Part shown: in pieces, positions 29,732-40,404 of the stretch
How positions within the stretch are numbered: the first letter of the stretch is position 1
Layout of the letters: each line of letters starts with the position of its first letter
Source of the DNA: an uncultured Verrucomicrobiae bacterium
GTDB lineage: Bacteria; Verrucomicrobiota; Verrucomicrobiia; Limisphaerales; Palsa-1400
Length of the DNA: 64,000 nucleotides
Reading direction: 5' to 3'
NCBI GenBank assembly: GCA_963707025.1
Contig: CAVPOM010000005.1
Span: 128,001 to 192,000 of the forward strand
Translations under genes and position numbers: made by a program
The notes under the pieces: model-generated
Told to the model about the DNA's origin: nothing
Database searches by the model: none
What the model saw: only the letters and a program-made list of their open reading frames with translations

Positions 29732-30641
29732 AATTCTTTCCCGATGCCGGATGACTGCTCAACCGCCGTGACGGCTGTAGGGGGCCCTTCGGGGCTGTGC
29801 TTTTTGCAAAACGTCCGAACAACCGCCGCCGCGCCTTGGCAACAACTTCCGGCGCAGAAATGTGGCATGGCCAAAACAGTCCCACCACTTCGCCCGCCCG
29901 GCGCAAATGGATGGCCGAACTGTCCCTGTGCCATGTGAACCTGACCGAATCCAGCAGTCGGACGGTGTGGTCATACAAGATCGCCGGGACGGCGGCGCCG
30001 TGACTGAACCAAACATAGTCCAGCAATCCGACGCGATGGTAAAACACAGGACGCACAGGACGACCCCGGCCTTTGGAGATTTCAGCCGTGAAAACCTCAT
30101 CTTTCTCCGTCGGCCTGAGACCTCTGGGCGGGTGTCCCAGCACCTGAACGACCGCGCCGGACATGTTGCGACCGCTCCCCCAGGCCGGGTTGTCCCGCAA
30201 GTCCACAGAGTAGGCTGGCTGGTTTTGCCAACGGCCCAGGCCGCAGCGCAATCGAACCCGCATTCTCTTCAGGGGACCAGAATTCATGGGGAGAAAGAGG
30301 TCCTCGTCCTCGCGATGGATCCGCGTCCACCAGACCGCGTCCCGCAGGACCCGGGCCATCGGTATCGAACCGGGTTTCCAAAAGGGACTCGGATCGCTCT
30401 CGTAGAGCACGTAGAAGTTCTCTCCCGCAGCGCGCGCTGCCTGCGTGAGCTTCTCCCCGTCCAACGTCAGGTCCAGGTCGGCCTGTTTGAGCACCCGGCC
30501 GCCGAGGCTACAAACCTGCGCGTTGAACACAACAAAGTGGCTACGGTGCCGCTTGTAATAGCCACTTTTTGAATTCGCGATCAGGCGTCCCTCGGCAAAA
30601 CCATGTTCCTGAAGGACGGCTATGATTTGGTTGTAGTGCAT
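29728..30641 (-). CDS. Hypothetical protein (probable frameshift near 29810)
   Basis: Long ORF. An alternative frame ends at 29728, overlapping the next ATG. Confidence 0.55.
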
Positions 30642-30759
30642 GGATTACGTATGGACCCAATTATTCCTCAAAATCTCACATAACGCCGTCACGGTGCTTC
30701 GTTCTTGAGGCCAAGGCCAGAAATGTTCAATCCATTGAACGGCCTTTTTTTCCAAAACC

Positions 30760-31608
30760 TCAATTCCCCGGGCGTTTGGCGCGCTGCACGCGCCGGCAAT
30801 TCACCAGGATACCCTCTGGAACGGATTGGGCGGTTGAAAGCGTCAGTACATGAATAGGGGTGGAGACCCTGGACTTCAGGTTACCCACGTTCAACGCCCC
30901 CTCTTCGGCGATGACGACGTGCTTGAACCCGGCGCAGCGCAACAGATCATCGCGAACCTCCGGCACGGAGGACCACACGCGGTTAAAAAACAAACGCGGC
31001 GCCCCCGAAGTCAGAATCCTGGGCCATATTCTCTGAGTGAGTCGGCGGGCATGATCCGGGCCCAGATCTCCATTGATGTAAATCAGCGATTCCACCGGCA
31101 CGAAAAGGTTGGAGCGATGGAGATCAATTCCCGCCGCCGCGGGAAGCTTTCCGTCCGCCCGGCTGGCGGCATGGGCCAGGGCGGTAAACACGAAGGTGCG
31201 TGAGAAATCCGTGCCGCCGGTGATGATGGTCAGACCCGCCTTCTGGTCCAGCAACTCCAGCAATTGGCCTGTTTTTCCACGGGCATGGGCCAGGCGCGGG
31301 TCATCCAAAGTCGGGTAAGCCCGACAGTGGGCCTCGATGAAAGAATGGCGTTCTGCAGGCGGCAATCGCTCCAACAGGCACAAAAAGCCGAGCACATGCG
31401 GGTGGTGAAAGATGTCGAACCAGTTGTAAGTGGTGCTCTTGGACCGGCCGAGCATTTTGGCCAATCGCTCGAAACTCATCGGGTGCCGATGCACCGCGGC
31501 AAGCCTGGAGCGCAAATCGCCGAAGATGTCGCGGGCCGAAAACGGATAGCCCGGAGCGGTCATAAATCCGTCCTCGAGAAGTCTTGTTTTCCGCGTTTGC
31601 TTGTTCAT
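30760..31608 (-). CDS. HTH protein fused to a degenerate PilT/GspE-like P-loop domain
   Basis: MSFERLAKMLGRSKSTTYNW (HTH). PTLDD...LLELLDQKAGLTIITGGTDFSRT resembles the secretion-ATPase Walker A region without GKT. Confidence 0.55.
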   Translation of the reverse strand: MNKQTRKTRLLEDGFMTAPGYPFSARDIFGDLRSRLAAVHRHPMSFERLAKMLGRSKSTTYNWFDIFHHPHVLGFLCLLERLPPAERHSFIEAHCRAYPTLDDPRLAHARGKTGQLLELLDQKAGLTIITGGTDFSRTFVFTALAHAASRADGKLPAAAGIDLHRSNLFVPVESLIYINGDLGPDHARRLTQRIWPRILTSGAPRLFFNRVWSSVPEVRDDLLRCAGFKHVVIAEEGALNVGNLKSRVSTPIHVLTLSTAQSVPEGILVNCRRVQRAKRPGN

Positions 31609-31984
31609 GCCTTTTGGTTTGCCAGCAAACTCGCGGCGGCGACCCCTGTTCGCCCATTCGCGTAGGCCCAGACGCACAGAGCGAGCGGAGCGAGACCGAG
31701 CACCGTAGTCGGAGCAAATGGGCGAAGGTGCGAAACGGAAGGGTTTTCAGGCCGAGGAACAAGCTGGAATCGGAGGCGGCGTGAGTGCGGCGGTTTTGCG
31801 GAGTGCAGCCGGAGCACGGAGGGGCAGCGTAGCGAGAGCAAAAGCCGCCGCTCGCAGGACGCCGGGGAAGGGCGACCGACGGGATCATCGTGGTCAATCA
31901 GCCGAATCTTGAGATCAGCGGATCAATGCAAGTGGCTTGTAATCAATGGGTTAATGCTATGGTGCTCCCTGGTCGGAAACGCGC

Positions 31985-32204
31985 GTGAGAGGAAATTGCG
32001 CTCAGGCATTTACTTTCAGCGAATTGGCAACCATAGTGTCAGTTGTGGTTACGCTGATTTTGTTGGCGATTCCGTCTGCCAACTGGATTCGTTGCAAGTC
32101 CAAAGAATCGGTGTGCTTGTCAAATTTGCGACAATTGGGGACGGCATGTCCTCAAACGAAACAAGGATTTGCGATTCTGAATCAACCTGTTATCATCCCA
32201 GCTT
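31985..32204 (+). pseudogene. Truncated prepilin-type (type II secretion/pseudopilin-like) gene remnant
   Basis: AFTFSELATIVSVVVTLILLAIP...CLSNLRQLG.A, the N-terminus typical of PVC-group prepilin-like proteins. Similarity is lost after about 55 codons. Confidence 0.5.
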
Positions 32205-35200
32205 ATGACGAGGCTCCTGAATCAGTTTTTCGCGGTGCGGGTGCGTCATGGTGGGTTTGCACGTCTTTTGGTTTTTGTCGCTTGCATCATCCCGGTTTTC
32301 GACCGTTTAGGAGCTCAGACGTTGTTCCGCGAAGGCGAGGCGGCACCTGCAAACGTTCGGAGCGCGTCCGATCCATCGGTCAAACGCAGCCGGTTGGCTC
32401 CGATCTCCGGCACGAATTGGCTGCAATCAGTCGAAACGCCGTCAGTTCCGCAATCCCTCAGCATCAATCTTTTCACCAACCTCGCAGTTACCGGAATCAT
32501 GCAGTCTGTGACGGCACCCGGTCCGGGTCGGGAAATAATCCAGGGCGCTATCGTCGGCGTGAAGGGGGGATGCTTTATATTGGCGGTGGAAAGCAATGTT
32601 GTCGCCGGGACGGTCGTCCTCCCCGGCCAGGGATTTTTTGAAATTCAATACGCCGGCAATGGCTATCACCGCATCATCGAACGTGACGTCGGGAAGATGC
32701 CTCTATGCGGCGTGAACGCGGCCACGAGTGCCATTACCGGCCATGCGGAAGAAAGTCCCGAAGTGGCCCTGGCAGCCGCGGGATCGGCCTCCGCCGAGAC
32801 AATTCCCGTGGTGGATGTAGTCGTGGGTTACACACCGGAAGCGCGAGACGGCGCGGGTGGAGATGAAGGCATCCACACCTTGATTGATTTGGCGGTCGCT
32901 CAGGCCAACCAGATTTACCTCTCCAGCAACGCGAAATTGCTTTTGCGGTTGGCCGCCACCACAAAGGTGACATACGACGATTCAGGGGTTCTGAGCGTTG
33001 ACCTGCAGCGGTTGATGAATCCAGCCGATGGCTATCTTGACGATTTTTTGGCGCTCAAACAGCAATACCACGCCGATCTCATTTGTCTTTTGGTGGAGAA
33101 GTCCGACGGCCCGGTGGGAATTGCCCGGCAGACGGCCAGCGCCGCCAACGCCTGCAGTGTTGTGCAGCGCGGATTCGCGGTCGCCCACTACACGTTTGCA
33201 CACGAACTGGCACACAATTTCGGCTGCCAACACGATCGTCCTAATGCCGCCACTCCCGGAGTTTATTCCTTCTCCTATGGCTGGACCTTTGTTGATTCCA
33301 ATGATTATCAACAATACGGGACCGTCATGAGCTACGAAGGAATCCGCATCCCCTACTTTTCCGATCCTTCAGTCAAGTATGACACCTTCCCGACTGGGGT
33401 GGCCTCCGGCCCGCACGCGGCCAACAATGCCCTTACATTGACGTTGCGCGCGCCGACGGTTTCCGCTTTTAGCGGCGTTCCCACGATGGTCGCTCCTCCC
33501 GCAATCGAAATTGTATCACCGCGCAATGGTGCGACCGTGTTCTTGGACAGCAATGTGCTGATCACCGCCTCAGTCCAACGCGGTACGGCCGCCATCGCCC
33601 AGGTCAATTTTTTCGAGAATGGCGCGCCGTTGGCTTCATCCCCGCGGCCCCCCTATCAGTGTGTATTGAGCAATCCTCCCGTTGGCCCGGTCATACTGAC
33701 CGCACAAGTGATCAACGCTTCGGGATTGCTCGCCGCCTCGTCTCCGGTCACCATTACGTCGCGTTATCATGCTCCAGCCAACGACAATTTCGCCCATCGT
33801 CAAGTATTGAACGGTACGAATATTGAAATGACCGTAAACAACACCGGAGCCACGTTCGAAACCGGCGAGACTGAACATGGAACGGTTGATTCCCTCCATT
33901 CCATCTGGTTCACCTGGACGGCGCCGGCCTCTGGTGAGGCGGTATTCGGGACCTCGGATACCGATGCCACGCCGATCGTCGCAGTTTACCGCGGCGCCAG
34001 TCTAAAAACTCTGAAGGGGGTGGGAGGTTCCGTTGGCTCTTCCCTGGGGTCCTTCCAGGCCGTTCGCGGAACGAACTATCAAATCGCCTATGACACCGCT
34101 TATGGTTACGGAGCGACCACGCTTTTCCTCCAACTCCATTCCGGGGCGCTGAATGACGATTTCGGCCAGGCGATTATTATTGGCTCAGTTCCGTTCCAGA
34201 CGCTGGCGGACAACGGTGCTGCCACCAAGGAGCCGGGGGAACCAAACCATGCGGGCGATCCTGGCGGCAAATCCTTGTGGTGGAGGTGGACCGCGCCCGC
34301 CACCGGCTCGGTGACCGTCGCCGTTACCACCTATTATGACGCCCTTCTTGGTATTTATACTGGCGACGCGGTTTCAAATCTCACGGGAGTCGCATCTGCG
34401 AGCGTTGGCGCTTGGCCGGGACCGGCCAGCGTTTCTTTCGATGTCATCGCTGGTCAGGCGTATTCTATTGCCGTAGATGGCAAGGGCGGGCAACCCGGCT
34501 TGTTTCAATTAACCGTGGACATGACGGCGGTTGTGGCGCGCAATGACAACTTTGCCAACCGAATCGCGTTGTCGGGAACGAACGTTCTGTTCGCGGGCAC
34601 AAATTTCGCCGCGTCGGTTGAGCCGGGCGAACCGGCGGGTTCTCATACCATCTGGTGGACATGGACCGCGCCCGATAACGGCGAGTTGACCGTGAGTGCC
34701 AATCAGGCCAATGCGTGGTTTCGACTTTTTCGCGGTTCGGAGTTAACGAATCTGGCCGATCTCCGTGAAGGAAATCCGGCCATGTGCTACGTGCAAGCAG
34801 GCGAAGTCTGCCAGATTCAGATGGATGGATACGAAGGAGCCGAACTCGCAGCGCAATGCTCTCTGCAGTTCTCGCCAATGACATGGAATGATAACTTTGA
34901 CGATCGGTTCGTGCTCGCTGGAGACTCGAACATCGTCCAAGGCACGAACCGCTACGCGAGCATGGAACCCGGAGAACCCAACCCCGCCGGGAGGGGTGCC
35001 GGACGGACTTTATGGTGGAGCTGGACGGCTCCGAGCAACGGAGTGCTTCACATCCAAACCGATGCACAGTGGGACTGCGGCTCCATCGGCGTTTATACTG
35101 GAACGAACGTCACCGAGCTTGATCTGGTTGGCCAGGCGGGAGCGGCCAGCGATTATCAGTACATCACGTCTCCCGCACAGTTGGATGTGACCGTGACAGC

Positions 35201-38200
35201 GGGTACAGCTTACCAAATTCAGGTCGATGCGCTTGCGGGTGGCTGGGGATGGTTGATCAATGACGTTTTCAATTTGACGCTTCAATTCTCGGCCGTCCCG
35301 TCCAATGCTTTTTTCCACGACCGCGCGTCGCTGGCCGGGACTGATGTCACCTTTGCGGCCACAAACACAGGTGTCACGGGTGAAACCAACGACCCGGCTG
35401 TTGGAGGTTCCGGCAAACCTGTGTGGTGGACTTGGACTGCGCTCCAGGACGGCACCGTGACGATCACCTCCACAAATAGCAGCATCAATCCTCTATTCGC
35501 CGTGTTTACGGGCAGCGCCCTTGACGCGTTGACCCCAATTGTCACCGGGGCAAACTCCGTCCAGTTCTTCGTTCATCAAGGCTTCGTTTACCAGATCATG
35601 GCGGACGGACAAGGAGGGGCCAGTGGGACAATTGAAGCACAGCTTGAATGGCAGCCGGTGGCGGCGAACGACGACTTTGCCAACCGCTTCGCGCTTCCCG
35701 GCAGTTCGGGCACAGCCGAGGGTTTGAGTTATGGCGCCACGGTGGAGCCGGGAGAGCCTGCTATGGGCCAGGGGATACCGGCTCAACACACGATTTGGTG
35801 GACGTGGACTGCACCGGCGATTGGTGAAGTGACCTTTGCGTTTTCCGGATCTTATTCCCAGAATCAGATGGCTGTGTTCACGGGCAGCAGCCTAGCCACC
35901 GCCGTGAGGGTGGGTACCGCCACGTCCGGAACGTACTTTAACAATCCGGTGACCTTGCGCACAATTGCTGGGATGCCGTACCAAATTGCAATTGGTGGTG
36001 CCGAAGGGAACCTCCAATTTAGCTACACCTTTGTCGCGGCTCCCAGCAACGACAATTTCACCAATCGAATTGTGCTCTCTGGGTTGCCCGTGTCCGGCAG
36101 CGCCGATAATACGTATGCGACGTCCGAACCGGGCGAACCATTGCAAGGCGACGGCCGGTCGGTGTGGTGGTCCTGGACAGCGCCGCAATCAATGTTGGTG
36201 GCTGTGGCATCCGATTGGTCCGCACGTATCGGTGTTTACACTGGAGACTCTCTGACAAACCTGATTCTGACTCCTCTCTTCACCTCAGCAGGCCAAACGG
36301 TTTTTAACGCAACAGGAGGCGTCACGTATCAGATTTCCATCGACAGCGGGTGGGGCAATTTCGTGGTCAGCAACGTGTTACTATGGGCCGCACCGCTCGA
36401 TCCTCCGAATGACTATTTCACTAATCGCGCCATGATTGTTGGGACCAACGCCGTTATTTCCGCCTACAATGGCCTGGCCACAAGCGAACCATCAGAACCG
36501 ATCGCGCCGAATGCCGCTGGCCAAACGCTTTGGTGGACTTGGACTGCACCTGAGACCGGCAGGGTCAGCATTGCCTGCCCTTCCTACTACGGGATTTTCC
36601 AGGTTTTCACAGGAACGGCGTTGACGAACCTGGTTCCAATTGCTTCAGGCGTGGGCGGCTACTGGCCATTCTCATTCACGGCCTGCGCAGGAACAAATTA
36701 CCAAATATGCTTTGACACTTCTTCCACCGGCGGAGTCGGAAGCAATTCCTTCACCCTCCAGCAATCACCCGCTCCTCCCAACGACAATTCTTCCAACGCC
36801 ATCATTATCTCTGACTCACCGGCGCAGACTAACGGCTCCAATGTCGGCGCCACCCGCGAGGCAGGCGAGCCCATGTTCGCGGGAACCAACAGCCAAGCTT
36901 CGGTGTGGTGGACTTGGATCGCCCCCAATACGAGGGAGATGACGATCAGCGTGGGCGGTGCCACCGGCGGCACTTTTTCCAGTGGTTTCTCGGTCAGCTA
37001 CGGGATCTACGTCGGTAACTCCGTCTCGAATTTAACCGCGATTGCGACAGGTCATGATGCGGGAGAATTCGCCGCCGTTGCTGGAACGCGGTACTATATC
37101 GCCTTGGATGGCGCCAATGGAGAAATCGGCGACCTCAGCCTCCTTCTCATGCCGGACCCAATCAACGATAACTTCACCAACCGGATCGTTCTATCCGGTT
37201 ACACAACTCATGCCGCCGGGTCGAATGTAGGCGCGACGACCGAGCCTGGAGAAAGCCAGCATGTTTTCAATCCCGATGGCGCTTCAGTCTGGTTCACTTG
37301 GACGGCTCCAGCGGCGGGGACCGTGACCATCAATTACAGCGGAGAGGGATTCTATCCCGGCGTCGCAGTTTACACCGGCTCCAGCGTGTCGAATTTGAGC
37401 TTGGTCGCCTACAACACATTTTTCGGCACACTGAGTTTTACAACCGATGCCAGCGCAACGTATCAAATCGTTTTAGCAGGGGCGTGGGGAGGCAGCGGCA
37501 ATTACACGATGGATTTAATTTTGAACGCGGGCGCGCACAACGATAATTTTGGCAACAGAATTGTTCTGACGGGCACGAACCTTACGATTCTGGCCAACAA
37601 CTCCACCGCCGCCAATCATTCATTGTGGTGGGAATATATCGCGCCAGCCAACGGCAGCGTGCGTGTTGACTATTCCGCAGTGACTGAATTTACGCCTCTG
37701 TTCAACCTCTATACCGGGGCGAACCAAAGCTCGCTCAAGTTGACCCCGGTGGAAGTAATCTCCGACATGCCTCAAATCTACTTTAATACCGTTAAAGGGG
37801 GCGTTTACCAAATTGCGGTGGCTGGCAATAAGGGAGGCCAAGGCGACATCGATCTGCAATTGGAATTCGAACCGAGTCCTGTCAACGACGATTTCGAAAA
37901 TCGAACGCCCCTCAGCGGCGATTCCGTGGGCGTGACCGGTAATAACAGGGGGGCCTCTGAGCAAACGGGCGAACCAAGGGACGACAGTCTAACCGGCTAT
38001 CATTCTGTGTGGTGGACCTGGACCGCCGATACCAACGAAACCGTCGTTTTAGATGTCACTGGGAATGGCTTTTCGCCACGGGTTGCGGTTTATAGGGGGA
38101 TTTCCAGGAATAGGCTTTCGCTTGTCAAAAACAATGCATTTAGCGGCCATCTGCTGCCCAGCTTGGCCTTTTCGGCCAGCGCCGGCGTCGCCTACCAAAT

Positions 38201-38879
38201 TGCCGTCGATTCCGCCTTTGGGGAATTTGGCGACATCACTCTGACACTAAACGCATTGGCGACGCCGCCAAACGACAGTTTTACCAATGCCAACACCTTG
38301 GTCGGCACCTCTGTGAGCATCGCTGCCACCAATCTTGCTGCCACCAGCGAACCCGGCGAACCCGCTCATGCCGGCTCCCCGGCGAGCCACTCCCTTTGGT
38401 GGGCTTGGACGCCGGCTGCCTCAGGAACCGCCACGATTGACACGCTTGGAAGCTCGTTTGATACTGTGCTCGCCGTTTACACTGGCACCAAGCTCAACCG
38501 TTTGGCGGTCATCGCCGCGAATGACGATATTCCCTCCGGAGGCGGAGCCAGTCGGGTTGCATTTTCCGCGGTGGCCGGCACGACCTATCGGATCGCGGTC
38601 GATGGGTTTGAAGGGGCCTCCGGAGACGTGCAACTGAACCTGAACCAGGCCGCATCGCCACAGTTGTCCATGACGATTGATTCAGCGACAGGTCCCCACG
38701 CTTTTGCGATGCGCCTTCACGGCGCAGCCGGGAGCAGGTTTCTGATTCAAACCTCCACCGATCTTCTCGATTGGACCACTATTTCCACCAATCAACTTGA
38801 GGGCGACGTGCTGAACATCACTCAGCCATTGGACGCTACATCGCCCGGGCGGTTCTATCGCGTCATCCCCTTGCAATAA
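32205..38879 (+). CDS. Large secreted M12/reprolysin-like zinc metalloprotease with Ig-like domain and 13 tandem beta-sandwich repeats
   Basis: Signal peptide, HELAHNFGCQH zinc motif with TVMSY Met-turn, 13 repeats (NDNF.NR...AT.EPGEP...SVWW.WTAP...YQIAVDG), and a C-terminal QTSTDL.DW...RFYR domain. Confidence 0.88.
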   Translation: MTRLLNQFFAVRVRHGGFARLLVFVACIIPVFDRLGAQTLFREGEAAPANVRSASDPSVKRSRLAPISGTNWLQSVETPSVPQSLSINLFTNLAVTGIMQSVTAPGPGREIIQGAIVGVKGGCFILAVESNVVAGTVVLPGQGFFEIQYAGNGYHRIIERDVGKMPLCGVNAATSAITGHAEESPEVALAAAGSASAETIPVVDVVVGYTPEARDGAGGDEGIHTLIDLAVAQANQIYLSSNAKLLLRLAATTKVTYDDSGVLSVDLQRLMNPADGYLDDFLALKQQYHADLICLLVEKSDGPVGIARQTASAANACSVVQRGFAVAHYTFAHELAHNFGCQHDRPNAATPGVYSFSYGWTFVDSNDYQQYGTVMSYEGIRIPYFSDPSVKYDTFPTGVASGPHAANNALTLTLRAPTVSAFSGVPTMVAPPAIEIVSPRNGATVFLDSNVLITASVQRGTAAIAQVNFFENGAPLASSPRPPYQCVLSNPPVGPVILTAQVINASGLLAASSPVTITSRYHAPANDNFAHRQVLNGTNIEMTVNNTGATFETGETEHGTVDSLHSIWFTWTAPASGEAVFGTSDTDATPIVAVYRGASLKTLKGVGGSVGSSLGSFQAVRGTNYQIAYDTAYGYGATTLFLQLHSGALNDDFGQAIIIGSVPFQTLADNGAATKEPGEPNHAGDPGGKSLWWRWTAPATGSVTVAVTTYYDALLGIYTGDAVSNLTGVASASVGAWPGPASVSFDVIAGQAYSIAVDGKGGQPGLFQLTVDMTAVVARNDNFANRIALSGTNVLFAGTNFAASVEPGEPAGSHTIWWTWTAPDNGELTVSANQANAWFRLFRGSELTNLADLREGNPAMCYVQAGEVCQIQMDGYEGAELAAQCSLQFSPMTWNDNFDDRFVLAGDSNIVQGTNRYASMEPGEPNPAGRGAGRTLWWSWTAPSNGVLHIQTDAQWDCGSIGVYTGTNVTELDLVGQAGAASDYQYITSPAQLDVTVTAGTAYQIQVDALAGGWGWLINDVFNLTLQFSAVPSNAFFHDRASLAGTDVTFAATNTGVTGETNDPAVGGSGKPVWWTWTALQDGTVTITSTNSSINPLFAVFTGSALDALTPIVTGANSVQFFVHQGFVYQIMADGQGGASGTIEAQLEWQPVAANDDFANRFALPGSSGTAEGLSYGATVEPGEPAMGQGIPAQHTIWWTWTAPAIGEVTFAFSGSYSQNQMAVFTGSSLATAVRVGTATSGTYFNNPVTLRTIAGMPYQIAIGGAEGNLQFSYTFVAAPSNDNFTNRIVLSGLPVSGSADNTYATSEPGEPLQGDGRSVWWSWTAPQSMLVAVASDWSARIGVYTGDSLTNLILTPLFTSAGQTVFNATGGVTYQISIDSGWGNFVVSNVLLWAAPLDPPNDYFTNRAMIVGTNAVISAYNGLATSEPSEPIAPNAAGQTLWWTWTAPETGRVSIACPSYYGIFQVFTGTALTNLVPIASGVGGYWPFSFTACAGTNYQICFDTSSTGGVGSNSFTLQQSPAPPNDNSSNAIIISDSPAQTNGSNVGATREAGEPMFAGTNSQASVWWTWIAPNTREMTISVGGATGGTFSSGFSVSYGIYVGNSVSNLTAIATGHDAGEFAAVAGTRYYIALDGANGEIGDLSLLLMPDPINDNFTNRIVLSGYTTHAAGSNVGATTEPGESQHVFNPDGASVWFTWTAPAAGTVTINYSGEGFYPGVAVYTGSSVSNLSLVAYNTFFGTLSFTTDASATYQIVLAGAWGGSGNYTMDLILNAGAHNDNFGNRIVLTGTNLTILANNSTAANHSLWWEYIAPANGSVRVDYSAVTEFTPLFNLYTGANQSSLKLTPVEVISDMPQIYFNTVKGGVYQIAVAGNKGGQGDIDLQLEFEPSPVNDDFENRTPLSGDSVGVTGNNRGASEQTGEPRDDSLTGYHSVWWTWTADTNETVVLDVTGNGFSPRVAVYRGISRNRLSLVKNNAFSGHLLPSLAFSASAGVAYQIAVDSAFGEFGDITLTLNALATPPNDSFTNANTLVGTSVSIAATNLAATSEPGEPAHAGSPASHSLWWAWTPAASGTATIDTLGSSFDTVLAVYTGTKLNRLAVIAANDDIPSGGGASRVAFSAVAGTTYRIAVDGFEGASGDVQLNLNQAASPQLSMTIDSATGPHAFAMRLHGAAGSRFLIQTSTDLLDWTTISTNQLEGDVLNITQPLDATSPGRFYRVIPLQ

Positions 38880-39093
38880 TCAGCGAAACCACGCACATTT
38901 CGCGCCATGCCACCACGGGTTATTGTTAAACATTGGATTTTCCGAAGCCTGATGCTTTGGCAGTAATCGCAATTGGGATTCGTTTGGAAGGCGATTGGCA
39001 AGATACTCAGGCAGGGCGTGTTCTGTTTTCCCCTCATTTGACAGAAAGCCCATGTTCACCTGCTTGCGGGAATACTGCTTCACCTTGATACCG

Positions 39094-39694
39094 TCAGCCA
39101 TGGAGTTCGCTGGAACCGCGCAGGGCCTGTCCGGGGCGGCTGGACTGGGAGTCTTTGCGGGCGTGATGAACCAGCATGACGGCCAGTTGGAACTGGCGTT
39201 GGAGTTCCCGCAGATAAGAGAGCAGCCCGGCGATTTGGGTGGCGTCGTTTTCATCGACCCGGTGCAGGCGGATGAGCGGGTCCAGGATCAGCAGGACGGG
39301 CCGGAGTTGTTGGACGGTCTGGGAGAGGCGCGACGCGGTCGGTGGCGGTGTCCAACCGAAGGGACGGGGCGGTAATGACTTGCACCGGCAGCGAGTCAAA
39401 GGGCACTTGGGCGGCCGCCGCGATGCCTTCCAAGCGCTGGCGCACGACGGCCAGCGAGTCCTCGGCCGGGAAGAGCAACACCGGGCCGCTGCGCCGCACC
39501 GGGAACTGGCGCAGACAGGCGGCGCCGGAAGCGACGCTGACCGCGACATCCAAAGCCAGGAAGCTTTTGCAGCATTTGGGTTCGCCGCCCAGGATGCCGA
39601 CGGCCTGCTCGGTCCAGAGACCTTCGACCAGCCACTGGGTTTGCGGGCCGGTGCTGGCCAGTTGGCTGGCGCGTTGAACCGGGAACGGGTTCAT
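39094..39694 (-). pseudogene. RecA-like AAA ATPase (AAA_25-like), frameshifted and 3'-truncated
   Basis: WLVEGLW, GGEPKCCKS, LLILDP, VHHARK, ALRGSSELHG followed by an abrupt stop. Confidence 0.7.
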
Positions 39695-40293
39695 GGCTTT
39701 TTGGCGGGCTTGGGGTCCAGGGCGAAGACTTCGAAGTAGAGTTTTTCATCGATGACCTCGCGTTCCTGCTGGCAGGCGGCCGCCAGGAGATCATTGGCCA
39801 TATTCATGAGCAGGCGCAGGTTGCCGGCGGCATGTTCGCAGAGCGTTTGGATCAGCGAAGGGGCCAGCAGCTTGGGATTGCCGGCGGCTTTGAGCAGGTG
39901 ATTGAGGCATTCCTGCAGGGCCTTGGGCGGCAGGGCTTCCAGGCGCAAGCGGCTGCGAATGCGGCTGGCGATGGGCAGCAAGTCAGCAGTTCGATGAGCT
40001 GGGGAGTCAGCGAGGGATGTTGCCCGTGGTCGGAGCGGATTTTGCGTTTGAGCGCCTCGACCGGCCCGGCCTTGGAGCGGAGGGCCTTGTAATACCAGCG
40101 CTCGATCGTGGAAAGCCCGAATACCACCCATTCTCCGGAAATGGGGTGGCGCCACTTTTTGGCGGCCAGTTCCTGGAGTTGCGCTTGGAGTTCGCCTGCG
40201 GGCGGGAGGCGCGGCCAAAAGCGGTCCGATGACGCTGAAGCGAAAATGCGCCCAGCGCTCATGGGACCGCGAGGTTGACGATGTTTCTTTCAT
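39691..40293 (-). pseudogene. Deletion fusion of an HTH/DDE transposase N-terminus to the C-terminus of an ExeA-like AAA ATPase
   Basis: RWAHFRFSVIGPLLAAPP..GEL...STIERWYY (transposase start) joins DLLPIASRIRSRLRLE...EHAAGNLRLLMNMA (ExeA tail) at about 39985. Confidence 0.65.
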
Positions 40294-40404
40294 AGGATGC
40301 CGTTATTTTTATTTTTTCCACCCGTTCGGTGGTGCGGCCAGGGTTCTACACCGGCTCCCTGCCGGTGTCGCCCGGCATCCTCTGCGGAGATTGGAAGCGA
40401 GCCT

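Noticed and set aside
35012..35021. TGGTGGAGC as the second att copy of tRNA-Ala
   Set aside because: Only about 9-10 bp, and it encodes the recurring WWSW motif inside the protease gene.
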